Part shown: piece by piece, positions 1-11,632 of the stretch
How positions within the stretch are numbered: the stretch's first letter is position 1
Layout: each line of letters begins with the position of its first letter
Source: Chloropicon primus
Lineage: Eukaryota
Reading direction: 5' to 3'
NCBI GenBank assembly: GCA_023205875.1
Contig: CP060757.1
Span: forward strand, 1,426,001 to 1,460,551
Length of the DNA stretch: 34,551 nt
Program-made: the position numbers and the translations under genes
The notes under the pieces: model-generated
Told to the model about the DNA's origin: nothing
What the model saw: only the letters and a program-made list of their open reading frames with translations
The model's database searches: none

Positions 1-1269
1 GTCCTTGCCAGGGTTCTCGATCGTCAGAAGGTACCTTGGATTGAGAAGCCAGTTGGTGGCGTCCTCGTCCGACACGGGTGGTGGGCCCCCGGACGTCGTG
101 TCGTACCACGCACCCGAGATAGTGATCTGGTTCCAGTTCGCAAGCTGGAAGTGGCAGACGTGAACGGTGTTGAAGATGAACATGAAGTCCTCTATGCACA
201 TGTAAAACGTGCTCGTGTCCCCATCAAACACACCGAGCTGCTCCTTCAGCTTGAGCTCCAAGTCAAGATCCCACTCCCCGCTGTCGTTGCCCCACGCACC
301 GTACCAATTCCCGGCTTCTCCCCAAGGGTTGTCCAGCTTCACGAGCCGGGTGTCGTCCTCGAGCTCCACGAGACCTGCCAAGGTGTAGCAGATGTCCGGG
401 ATGATGCCCTTGAGGGACGACCTGGTGAAGCCCTCCCCGTCCTCCGCGGAGTCGTGGCAGCAGCAAATCAAGTTCCCGTTGTTCAACTGCTCACTCAGGT
501 TGTCCCACAGCTCCTCCTCGTCCTCGTACAGCAAGTCAATCTTTTTCGTGGTCACCAGCGTGCCGGTGAGCTCCATGAGGGCCTTGGAAGCCGGGCAGTT
601 CATGTCCCTCTTCAAGGTCGCGTACGAGCCGTGGATCTTGGCGTAGGCCTTCTCGATGAGGGACGGCCAGAGCTCCTCGCTGTTCGCACTCTGGGCGGAC
701 AGCAAGATGTTGCTCTTCGTGACGCACGGGAGGTAGTTGTCCACCTTAACGGTCCGCCACTTGCCGAGCTTAAAGAATCTGAAGGCGCACAAGCCTGTCG
801 TGCTGAGCTCGTCGTACACGATGATCTTTCTCAGGAGCTGCTCCCTTCCCGCTACAGCCGCAAGGGCCCCGATGAAACCGTTCACGCTGACCCCTCCCCG
901 GACAATCTCGATGTCGAGCGTCGAGAGGTCGCCCCCGTCGTCCACCGCGAAGAGCGGGATGCCCTGGTGCCTCTTCCACTTTATCCGCTCCCTGCTGCTC
1001 TCCTTCCTTTCCTCGAAGTGTCCGAGCCCCATCCCGCCCCGGAACGACGCGGACTTGTTGAGGCGCTCCCTCTCGGCCCTCTCGGACTCCTCCAGGGACC
1101 ACCACTGGTCGAGCTGCTTCTTGTCCCTCACGAAGTCCGCCGCCTCGCCCCACTGACTCTGCAGTCCATTCAGGGCCTCCTGGACGAACCTCTGCTCCTC
1201 CTTCACCGTCGCGTCATAGCTCGTGCTCTCATACGGGTCCTCCAACCAGTTTATCTCCTCGCTTCGCAT
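1..1269 (-). CDS. Calpain-like protein (CysPc domain plus start of domain III), probably catalytically inactive; 3' end runs off the window
   Basis: Manual minus-strand translation from ATG 1269 is open to base 1 (423 codons; absent from the ORF track because it has no stop). Calpain motifs: FRFFKLGKWRTVKVDNYLP, ELWPSLIEKAYAKIHGSY, KLDNPWG, FYMCIEDF, and domain III ISGAW..SGG..NPRY. Confidence 0.9.
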   Translation of the reverse strand, partial: MRSEEINWLEDPYESTSYDATVKEEQRFVQEALNGLQSQWGEAADFVRDKKQLDQWWSLEESERAERERLNKSASFRGGMGLGHFEERKESSRERIKWKRHQGIPLFAVDDGGDLSTLDIEIVRGGVSVNGFIGALAAVAGREQLLRKIIVYDELSTTGLCAFRFFKLGKWRTVKVDNYLPCVTKSNILLSAQSANSEELWPSLIEKAYAKIHGSYATLKRDMNCPASKALMELTGTLVTTKKIDLLYEDEEELWDNLSEQLNNGNLICCCHDSAEDGEGFTRSSLKGIIPDICYTLAGLVELEDDTRLVKLDNPWGEAGNWYGAWGNDSGEWDLDLELKLKEQLGVFDGDTSTFYMCIEDFMFIFNTVHVCHFQLANWNQITISGAWYDTTSGGPPPVSDEDATNWLLNPRYLLTIENPGKD

Positions 1270-1760
1270 CGCTTCCGGTCCGGTCCAGTCCAGTCCAGTC
1301 CGGACCGTCGAGTTCTTGCTTCCTCCGAGTCCTTGGGTCTGTCTACCTATCTACCTATCGGTACCTATCTTCTTGTCCGTGGTGCCTTGTCCAGTCCGGT
1401 TGTTGTTTGTTGTTTGTTGGTGTTAGCCTAGGAAGACAAGCACCCCCATTGTCTCAGGCTCCCCACGTCTTTGTTGTCGTCCCCCCCCACCCCCGTGTGT
1501 CGTGTGTCGCGTATGGTATGGTGTTCCTCCTCGTCGCGGAAAGGTAAAGGTGTGTGACCGTTAACAGACCAAGAACTCCAAGACACCTTTTTCAGGACTG
1601 GACGACTGGACTGGACCACAGGACATGGACGGGCGGGGTCTGCCTTGGAACGCATTAGGAAAATACGAACACGAGAGAGGGAGACCCACCTCACTCGCAC
1701 TCGCACCCGCACTCGCACTGAAGTGTATACCTTACTATTAATATCTAAAGATGATTCATC

Positions 1761-3186
1761 TTACTTGTACACTTTCATGAAGTGGTCGATCTCCACGCGG
1801 CAGATCGGACACCTGGGCTCGGAGCCCTTGGACTCCGCTTCCGTGAAGAGGCTGATCGCGCACAGCTTGCAAGTGCAGCAGTGGCCACAGGGAACGAGGA
1901 CGTACTTGTTCTTCCTGGCGAGGCAAATGCAGCACACGCCGCTCACCCCCGCACCTCCTCCCTCTCCGGCGACGCCTTCCTCGGCGAGGTCTTCCTCCTC
2001 CTCCTCCTCGGAGGAGGAGGAAGAGGTTGGCTCCAACCCCAGGAGCTCGTTCCGCCTCCTCCTCCTCTTCTCCTCCTCCGTCTCTGTCCTCCTGCCCCCC
2101 GGGCCTCCCACCAGAGCGCGGTACAGGCCCCGGCCGACCACGTAGAGGTACACCCCCAGCACCCCGGCGAAGAACGTGGAGGCCAGGGCGAGGCCAGCCA
2201 TCGCGAAGAGGGACGAGGTGATGCGCTTGTCCAGGTCGGCCAAGATTTCGTCCGGGTTCTTCTCCGTGATGTACACCATGGTCTGGCCGTCTGGAAGCTG
2301 CGGAGGCCATCGAGCAGGGGTCCATTTTCGTTTGGGGGGGACGGGACAAGAGGTTTTCGGTCGTCAGTGCTTTGGCCGAACGGCTCGGCCAGGTTTCGGG
2401 ACTTACTAGCGAGATTTCCCCCTCCCCGCCCTTGTCGTGCTCAGCAACTCTTCCCACCATGGTCACGCTCGTCCCGCACAGCAGCGCCTTCTCCTTCACC
2501 TCCACGTGCGAGGCGTACCTCCCCCTCACCAGGGCGTTGTAGAGCCTGTCGTTGCTCGTCGTGTAAACGGGGGAGGATCCCGAGTACCGCCGCGAGTCCG
2601 TCGCCACGACAGGCCGCCTCTCCGCGCTCAGGAGGGCCAAGTCCATCTTCTCCAGGACGCCCTCGGCCTCCGTGGCCCTCAGCCTCGGCACGTGCACGAA
2701 GTTCTCGGACGGGTTCTTCGGGTCGACCACCCTGAACGAGTCCGTCTCCAGGCTCCAGCGGTCCAGCTGGTACGTCACCCTCCGCCCCAGCCTCTTGGGC
2801 GAGAAGTTCTTCCAGCAGACCTCCCTCGTGGACAGTCGCACCACCGCCGGAGGTCGATGAGGCCGCCACCGCAGGCTTTCGAGCAAGTCGGACAGGAGGG
2901 TCGATGAAGAGGAGTTCGCCGCCCGGGCAACCTCCCCCCGGAAGACCCCAAGCCTGGAACTCGGTCGCTCGTCCAGGAGCTGCCTGAGTCCCTCCCTCCC
3001 TCCTCCCTGCCCCGAGTCCGAGTCCTCGTCGACGGCCTTTCTGATGGCCTCCCTGGTGTTCCTGAGCCTCCTGTTCTTGCTCGCCGTGTTCCACAACTGC
3101 CCTACTGACGCCCACAGCAGCGGCACCGACATCTCCACCAGCAGGGCACACGCCCACTCCGGAACACCGCCAGACCACGACTCCAT
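1761..3186 (-). CDS. SP1/MUL1-like membrane RING E3 ubiquitin ligase; exons 3186-2407 and 2297-1761, ~438 aa
   Basis: N-terminal hydrophobic segment, GIDE-like central region (VKEKALLCGTSVTMVG), second TM (LFAMAGLALASTFFAGVLGVYLYVV) and C-terminal C3HC4 RING (CCIC..PCGHCCTC..C..CPICR). Phase-0 GTAAGT..CTGAC..CAG intron at 2406-2298 joins the two ORFs in frame. Confidence 0.8.
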
Positions 3187-3271
3187 CTCCTCCTCTCTCC
3201 TCCTCGTGCTGGGACGTGCACCGCCAGACCCGACTCCCGCCAGAAAAATCGTCAGAAAATCGTCAGAAAAA

Positions 3272-3283
3272 ATTCGCGGGAAA
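3272..3283. promoter_or_regulatory. Overlapping E2F-like sites in the divergent SP1-like/DP intergenic region
   Basis: ATTCGCGG on + and TTTCCCGC on - both match the plant consensus WTTSSCSS. Motif match only. Confidence 0.3.
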
Positions 3284-3893
3284 AAACCTAGGGTTATAGC
3301 CTACAACTTGAGGGGAAAGAAAAAACAACATCAGAGAGCGAGGACGAAGACGAAGAGGAGAGGAGAGGAGAGAGCGACGACCGGAGGTTTTCGCCCAGGG
3401 ATCAAGGACAAGACTGGAGCTGGACGAGAGGTTTCGTCAGGAGGGAGGGAGGGACCGAGGGCGAGAGAAAACCACGCCGACCGAGAACGCAAAGGAGACC
3501 GACACCCTTGGCGATCACCCTTGGGACGCACCCGCTTGGCACCTGGGAAAGAACAACCCAACCAACCAAACGAAACGAAACCAAACGGGAGCGAGTGGAA
3601 GGCGCGGTGCTGCTGGGAGTTGTGCTTGGCGAAAACTCCACGGACGACGCGAGAGAATCTCGTGCGTGCGTGCGTGCGTGCGTGTTTGCGTGTGGGTTGT
3701 GAACGACGCGAATCTTAGGTCTTGAAGGGGGAAACAGCATACGCGGACACGACTAGGCGCGCCGGGCGTGTTTGTGTGTTGCCTTACCAGGCCAGAGTTG
3801 CGCTGGTGAGTACTCTTCAGAGGAGGCGTTGAGAGGCGTTTGGAGCGAACGAACCTCAGGGGAAACGACGAACACACGACGACGACGACGACG

Positions 3894-5522
3894 ATGTCCA
3901 ATCCTTCCACGTACGACGAGCTCGCGGTGGGGGGGGCGTCCCTGCAGGACGACTTCCTGAGGGACTTTATGACCGCGGGCGTGTACGATTTCGCGTCTGA
4001 CATTGGCATCATCCAGGACGGGCAGATCCCGTCCGTGAAGCTGCACGAGCAGGGGTTCGAGGGCCAGCCCGCGGGCTCGTCCTCGGGGTCGAAGGCGGCC
4101 GGAGGGGCGAGGGCGGGAGGGTCGAACCCGAGCTCCTCGACCGCGGGGGGGACCGGGGACGGCGGGTCCCTCGGGTTCAGCAGCCAACCCGGGGGCAGGG
4201 GCCAGGGCTCCGCCACGGCCTCCGCCTCCCAGCAGGTGTATTACGGCCACGGCATGGCGATGGCGGGCCCCGGCTTCCCGCCGCACGTGGGGGGAGCGAT
4301 GAGGCACGAGGGGAGGCAGGGGATGCCCGGGCAGCAGCAGCACCAGCAGGTCCACCCCCACGGGTACCTCGCCCCGCACTCGGTGGGCTACCAGCCCTTG
4401 GCCCAGACCGCGATGAGGGCCAACTCCCAGAGCGTGTTGGGCGTGCAGGCCACGAGCCAGCAGCACCACGCTCACCAGCTGGGCGGCCAGTACGTCCACC
4501 AGGTCGGGGGGCAGCTCCAGGGCCACCCCGGCCTAGCGGGAATCCCGGCGATGCACCCCCACTTTGCCCCGCAGGCGGGCGTGGGCGCCGCGGGCATGCA
4601 GGGGCTGGGCATGGCGGGCATGGGCCCGCTGGCGGTGGGAGGGAAAGGCGCGCAGGCCGGGGGGAAGAAGGCCGGCGGCTCTTCCAAGGCCGAAGCGGCG
4701 AGGGCCAAGAAGGACGGCAAGAAGGTGAAGAAGGAGAACGGGGTGGGGTCCAGCAACACCCTGCTCGGGGACTCGGCGCTGAAAAAGCCGAGCACGGAGA
4801 GCTTCCAGCTCAAGAAGAAGAAGAGGGGCAGCGCCTCCAACGGGGTCGGGGGCGGCAAGTCCGGCGGGGGCGCCCCGGAGTCCGGGGGCAAGGGGGGCAA
4901 GGGCCTGCGGCACTTTAGCATGAAGGTGTGCGCCAAGGTGGAGAGCAAGGGGAGGACCACCTACAACGAGGTCGCGGACGAGCTCGTGCAGGAGCTGAGC
5001 TCGGGGGGCGGCGGGGACAACGGGACCGGGACTCCCGACGTGGCGTACGACGAGAAGAACATCAGGAGGCGAGTATACGACGCCCTGAACGTCCTCATGG
5101 CCATGGACATCATCTCCAAGGAAAAGAAGGAGATCTCTTGGAAGGGCCTGCCCACGACGAGGGAGAACAATTTTGACTTGCTCAAGGACGACCAGAAGAG
5201 GTTGAACATGCAGATAGAGAAGAAGGAGCTGTACCTCAAGGAGCTCATCGACCAGAAGAAGGCCATCGAGGCCCTGATAGAGAGGAACAAGGGGAAGCCC
5301 AAGTCCTCGTCCGCCAAGGAGGGGGCCAACCCCCAGTTCATGGGGGTGCAGCTCCCCTTCCTGGTGGTCCAGACCAAGCCGGACGCCGACGTCGACTTGC
5401 AGATGTCCGAGGACCGGCAGTTCGTGTCGTTCGACTTCACCTACAACCCGTTTGAGATCCACGACGAGAACTACGTCCTGCACAACATGGTCAAAGCGAA
5501 CAAGCTGAAAGTGAAGAAGTAA
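3894..5522 (+). CDS. DP1: Transcription factor DP (E2F dimerization partner), 542 aa
   Basis: KGLRHFSMKVC.KVE.KG.TTYNEVADEL and NIRRRVYDALNVLMAMDII.K.KKEI.W.GLP, followed by the DP domain (LPFLVV..FEIHDE.YVL). Long Q/G/H-rich N-terminus. Confidence 0.95.
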   Translation: MSNPSTYDELAVGGASLQDDFLRDFMTAGVYDFASDIGIIQDGQIPSVKLHEQGFEGQPAGSSSGSKAAGGARAGGSNPSSSTAGGTGDGGSLGFSSQPGGRGQGSATASASQQVYYGHGMAMAGPGFPPHVGGAMRHEGRQGMPGQQQHQQVHPHGYLAPHSVGYQPLAQTAMRANSQSVLGVQATSQQHHAHQLGGQYVHQVGGQLQGHPGLAGIPAMHPHFAPQAGVGAAGMQGLGMAGMGPLAVGGKGAQAGGKKAGGSSKAEAARAKKDGKKVKKENGVGSSNTLLGDSALKKPSTESFQLKKKKRGSASNGVGGGKSGGGAPESGGKGGKGLRHFSMKVCAKVESKGRTTYNEVADELVQELSSGGGGDNGTGTPDVAYDEKNIRRRVYDALNVLMAMDIISKEKKEISWKGLPTTRENNFDLLKDDQKRLNMQIEKKELYLKELIDQKKAIEALIERNKGKPKSSSAKEGANPQFMGVQLPFLVVQTKPDADVDLQMSEDRQFVSFDFTYNPFEIHDENYVLHNMVKANKLKVKK

Positions 5523-6256
5523 ACGCAAGACCTTGGGCGGCAGTTAATTTTTGTATACCCAGAGCCGTTTCTGTTCGCCGAGCACTTCCACACCAGCGCG
5601 CACCCGACCCAGATGAGCGTTTCCGCTTGTGTTTTCGTGTTTTTGTTTCCGCCCCCCCCCCCGACACTCCTCCCTCGCTCCTTTCCCCCCTCCCTCCTCT
5701 CCATCATGGAGGATGGATCCGGACCCCTCCCCTCCATCTTGGGCCAGGGCCGTTCTTGAAATCTTGGCTTCTAGCTAGGTTTCCCGCCCGGCCGCCGAAG
5801 CGGAGGGAGAAGATCGATCCAGTGGACGACGGGAGCCGGTCGGGGGAGGACGGGAAGGGGCTAGGCGTGGAAAGGGGAAGTGGGCTACGAGTAGGGAGGG
5901 ACGAGGACCCGGGGGGATCGCCAACGACCTTGCCCTTGCGAACGACGGAGCCGGGGGACGGAAGACGGAAGGGAAAGGAAAGACCGGGCGGCCTTTTCCA
6001 AACGGAAGTCTGCCTGCCTGCCTGCTTGGCACACAAAGCACCACAAAGACACTGGGAAACTCGGACGGTTGTCGCTTCGGGAGACAACGAACCGGGTGCG
6101 GTGACTTGATCGTGCTTGCCTTGCTCGCCAGCTCCCCCACCCCCCTTTGGAGTTCGAAAGGAGTCCTGAACCTCGCTCGGTGCCGGCTCTTCCCTCTCTC
6201 TCGCCTTTGGGTCGAGTCTCTCGTGGTGGTTGCTCTCGTTCGCTGACGGAAGCAGG

Positions 6257-9200
6257 ATGGACAGGTTCACGTTCTCGCGCGCCCCCGTCAAAAGGGTCGA
6301 CAGCGTGCAGTTCGGCACGCTGTCTCCGGAGGAGATCACGCGGAACAGCGTGGCTTGCATAGATCAGACCGCTTTGTTTGAGGGAGGAAAGCCGAAGGTA
6401 AGCCGTGCGCCGGCGCCGGCGACGACGTGGAACGCCACTCTCTTTGCTTCTCGCGCGGTCCCACTGACTTTGTCCCGTTTTCTGCTTGTCCGACGAAACA
6501 AAGATGGGCGGCCTGGCGGATCCTCGCATGGGCACGATCGACAGGAACGTTCTCTGCGCCACCTGCAACAGCAACTTCCAGGAGTGCCCGGGGCACTTTG
6601 GCCACCACAACCTGGCCGTCCCCGTGTTTCACTTGGGATTTCAAACCTCCGTGCTGAAGATACTAAGGAGCGTCTGCTTCAGTTGCAGCAGGATCCTTTG
6701 CGACAGAACGGACCCGGCCTACCAGAAGTGCCTGAGCATCAAGAATGCGAAGCACCGCCAGAGGCAGGTGTACCGGCTGTGCTCGGGCAAGAAGGAGTGC
6801 TCTTTCGGTGGCGGGGAGGACGAGGACTTGATGGAGGATGACACGGCCCAGGGCGGGTGCTCGGCCAAGCAGCCAGACATCAAGCTCAACGCTTTGAGGT
6901 TCACGGTGTCGTTCAAGAGAGGCAAGAGGGACGACGAGGATGAAGACGACGAGCTGTTGGACGAAATGGAGGACCAGGAGCTCAGCGCGGAGAGGGTGCT
7001 TCAGATATTGAAGGGCATCAGCGACGAGGACGCCTTTGCCTTGGGGATGGACCCCAAGTGGGTGAGGCCAGAATGGCTGATACTGACAGTGATGCCAGTT
7101 CCACCGCCGCCGGTGAGGCCGTCAGTGTCGTCCGACGCTTCAACCCGAAGCGAGGACGACCTGACCCACGCCTTTGCCCAAATCTTGAAAATCAGCGAGA
7201 GCTTGAAGAAGCTCATCGCGAACGGGGCGGGAAATCACCAGATTGCGGACTTTGTCCAACTGCTCCAGTTCCACGTGAACACCTACTTGGATAACTCAGT
7301 CACAGGGCAGCCGAGGGGTCTGCTGAGGTCAGGAAGGCCGGTCAAGTCCATCGCCCAACGCCTCAAGACAAAAGAGGGGAGGGTCAGGGGGAACCTCATG
7401 GGAAAGAGGGTGGACTTTTCTGCCAGAACGGTGATAAGCGGAGATGCCAACATTGGTATCGACCAGCTTGGCGTGCCTTGGAGCATTGCGCTCAATCTGA
7501 CATTTCCTGAGACTGTGACTCCATACAACCTGGAGAAGCTGACGAAACTCGTGGAGAATGGCCCTCATCCACCCCCTGGGGAGACTGGTGCGAAGTACAT
7601 CATAAGGGAAGATGGTCAGAGGCTGGACTTGAGGTACTTGAAGAAGACCAGCGACAGGCACCTCGAGTATGGTTACAAGGTGGAGAGGCACCTGCAGAAC
7701 GGGGACGTGGTCCTCTTCAACAGGCAACCGTCCCTGCATAAAATGTCGATTATGGGCCACAGAGTGAAAATCATGCCCTACTCGACTTTCAGGCTCAACC
7801 TCGCGGTAACTTCACCCTACAATGCTGACTTCGATGGGGATGAAATGAACATGCACGTGCCGCAGACCCTGGAGACCCGCGCGGAAACAATTGAGCTCAT
7901 GATGGTGCCAAAGATGATTGTCTCGCCGCAGGCGAACAAGCCAGTGATTGGTATCGTGCAGGATGCTCTTCTGGGAACCAGGATCATGACGAAGAGAGAC
8001 TCCTTTTTGACAAAAGAGCTTCTGATGAACATACTGATGTGGATCGAGCACTGGGATGGCGTGGTCCCAACGCCGGCAATTCTTAAGCCAAAGCCTCTGT
8101 GGACAGGGAAGCAGGTCTTTAGCCTGATCATACCTCCAGGAATCAATTACGAGAGAAGATCGGGTTGGCATGAAGATTCGGACCAGAAGGACATGTCTTC
8201 TGGGGACACGCAGGTCAAGATTGAAAACGGAGAGCTTCTCACGGGAACCCTCTGTAAAAAGTCTCTGGGTTCGTCATCAGGCGGACTGGTGCACGTGATT
8301 TGGATGGATCATGGCCCCAACATGGCGAGGCTCTTTCTGAACCATGTGCAGACTGTGGTGAACTACTGGCTGTTGCAGCACGGCTTCACCGTTGGTATCG
8401 GTGACACAGTCGCAGACGAGAAGACGATGCTTAAGATCAACGACATCATCTCCTTGGCGAAGAGAGAGGTGGAAGACCTCATCCAGGAGGCGCAGGCCGG
8501 CAAGCTTGAGCCTCAGCCTGGTAGGACCCTGGTCGAGAGTTTCGAAGCCAAGGTTAACGCAAGTCTGAACAAAGCAAGAGATAAAGCGGGAAAGAATGCT
8601 CAGGCTTCTATTTCAGACCTCAACAACGTGAAGGTTATGGTTACTGGGGGCTCAAAAGGAAGTTTCATCAACATCTCGCAGATGACAGCCTGTGTGGGCC
8701 AGCAGAACGTGGAGGGAAAGCGCATTCCATTTGGTTTTGTGAATCGAACTCTCCCGCACTTCTGCAAGGATGACCAGGGCCCCGAAAGCAGAGGATTTGT
8801 GGAAAACTCTTACCTGAGAGGTTTGACGCCACAAGAATTCTTTTTCCACGCCATGGGTGGAAGAGAGGGTCTTATCGACACGGCCATCAAGACGGCAAGT
8901 ACTGGGTACATCCAGAGAAGGCTTATCAAAGCCATGGAAGACATCATGCTCCGTTATGATGGAACCATTCGAAACAGCATGGGGGATGTCATTCAGTTTT
9001 TGTACGGCGAAGATGGAATGGACGGAACTGCCATTGAGGGTCAGAAGCTCAAGCACCTCAAGTTCAAGCCAAAGAGGTTCCAGGACTGGTACAAGATTGA
9101 TTTGGAGGACGGGGTGAAGAGCTTAGGGTTTTTGAACAGCGAGGTCACTGCGAAGATCCTGAACGGAAAGAATAGGTTGGATTACCAAAAGAGTCTCGAT

Positions 9201-11632
9201 GAAGAGTACAACCAGCTTTTGGCGGACGTGAAGAGAGCCAGGATAGAGATCATACCGAACGGCGATGACAACATATACTTGCCGGTTCACTTCGGTCGTC
9301 TGATTGAGAACGCCACCAAGAAGTTCAAAATTTCTTTGAGCGAGCAAACAGACCTGGATCCTCTCTACGTGATTCAGAAGATCAAAGAAATCGAGGAAAG
9401 TATCGAGGTTGTGAAGGGAGACGACGCCTTGAGTAAGCAAGCTCAAGAAAATGCGACGACCCTGTTCAAAATGCACCTGAGGTCCACCTTTGCATCGAAG
9501 CAGGTCTGCAAGAAGTACAGGCTGTCGACAGAAGCATTCGACTGGCTTGCTGGTGAGATCAAGCAGAAATTCAACAAGGCTCTGGCTCACCCGGGCGAAA
9601 ACATTGGTGTCATTGCGGCGCAGAGCATTGGGGAGCCCGCGACACAGGTAAGTCGGTATTCTTCTCTGACCCCACCCCCTCTCTGACGCTCGTGCTCGAC
9701 GACACCTTCTCGACGGGCGGCGGACTGACTGATGAATTTTTTTTTGCCTCCTCCTCTCTGAAACAGATGACTTTGAACACTTTCCATTACGCCGGTGTGT
9801 CTGCCAAGAATGTGACCCTTGGAGTTCCTCGTTTGACAGAAATCATCAACATTGCTAAGAATATCAAGACGCCTTCTCTGGCGATTTATCTTCTTGGGTC
9901 GGCTAGATCTGACAAGGACGAGGCCAAGTCTGTGCAGTGTGCGTTGGAGTGGACGACTCTGCACCATGTCACGAAGGCCACAGAGATTCACTACGATCCG
10001 GATGTTAAGGACACGTACATCGAGGAGGACCAGGAGTTTGTCAGGGCCTACTTTGAGATGCCTGATGAGGACATCGAGGAAAGCCGGTTGTCGCCCTGGG
10101 TTTTGCGTATCGAACTCAACCGTGAAATGATGGTCGACAAGAACCTGACGATGTCAGAGGTTGCCGAGCGTATCACGTCCGAGTTCTCCGATGACCTCAC
10201 CTGCATATTCAGCGACGACAACGCCGACAAGCTGATTCTGAGAATTCGAATCCTGAACGAGGAGATGGCAGGCGGTGAAGATTATGCCGCGGATGACGAC
10301 CAGTTCTTGAGAAAGATTGAGGTCCACTTGTTGAACAAGCTCATTTTGCAGGGGGTTCCGGATATCAAGAAGGTGGCCCTTCGTAACACCAAGAGAACTT
10401 TCCCAGGCCAAGATGGCTATGATACCGAAGAGGAGTGGATGCTGGACACCGAGGGAATCAACCTTCTTGAGGTAATGTACCACCCAAGTGTGGACCACAC
10501 GAGAACGACAAGTAACCACGTCCCAGAAATCGTGGAGGTCCTTGGTATCGAGGCAGGCAGGAACTCTCTGAAGCACGAGCTGAGGAGCGTGATCGAGTTT
10601 GACGGGTCTTATGTGAACTACCGCCACCTGGCCATTCTTTGCGATGTGATGACCTACAGGGGTCACCTCATGGCTATCACGAGGCATGGAATCAACAGGC
10701 AGGACACGGGACCCCTCATGCGTTGCAGTTTCGAGGAGACTGTGGATATTCTGCTGGATGCTGCTGCATTCGGTGAAAGGGATGGCTTGGAAGGTGTGAG
10801 CGAGAACATCATGCTCGGCCAGCTTGCACCCGTGGGAACAGGTTCCTTTGGGGTGTTCCTGAATGAGACGATGTTGCAGGAAGCAGTGGAGCCTCTTTTC
10901 ACGAGAGAGGAGTATGGCTTGGGTGTGGGGATGTCTCCAGGAAGGCAAACACCGCATCATCAGACACCTTACGGTGCGATGAGTCCAGGAGGATTGATGA
11001 GTCCTGGGGGAGCTGGCCCAAGTCCTTGGACGGGGGTTCAGTTTTCTCCAATGCAGAGTCCAGCAATGGGAGGGGCAAGCCCCAACTATAGCCCAACTTC
11101 ACCGGGCTATTCCCCAACCTCACCTGCATACTCACCTACCTCACCTGCGTACTCGCCTACGTCACCTGCATACTCGCCTACATCACCTGCATACTCGCCT
11201 ACATCACCTGCATATTCGCCTACATCACCTGCATATTCGCCTACATCACCAGCATACTCACCCACCTCACCAGCATACTCACCCACCTCACCAGCATACT
11301 CACCCACCTCACCTGCATACTCACCCACCTCACCTGCATACTCACCCACCTCACCTGCATACTCACCCACCTCACCAGCATACTCACCCACCTCACCTGC
11401 ATACTCACCCACCTCACCTGCATACTCACCTACCTCACCTGCATACTCACCCACCTCACCTGCGTACTCACCCACCTCCCCACAATACTCACCCACCTCA
11501 CCACCGTACTCACCCACCTCCCCACAGTACTCACCCACCTCCCCACAGTACTCACCCACCTCCCCACAGTACTCACCCACCTCCCCACAATACTCACCCT
11601 CTTCACCAAAATACTCACCATCAGACCCATAA
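6257..11632 (+). CDS. RPB1: RNA polymerase II largest subunit; exons 6257-6397, 6504-9647, 9767-11632, ~1716 aa
   Basis: NADFDGD catalytic motif, [20 protein letters not shown] split by a phase-0 intron (9648-9766), first intron 6398-6503, and a heptad CTD. Confidence 0.98.
11087..11629 (+). repeat. 21-bp coding tandem repeat: RPB1 CTD, 25 heptads plus one truncated
   Basis: YSPTSPG x1, YSPTSPA x17, YSPTSPQ x5, YSPTSPP x1, YSPSSPK x1, then YSPSDP-stop. Confidence 0.95.

Noticed and set aside
151..1431. 426-aa plus-strand ORF
   Set aside because: Antisense shadow of the calpain-like gene in GC3-rich DNA, with no motifs. The same applies to most overlapping track ORFs.
11107..11580. Minus-strand (GEVGEYA)n ORF / CRISPR-like periodicity
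   Set aside because: Reverse complement of the RPB1 CTD; no unique spacers and no cas genes.
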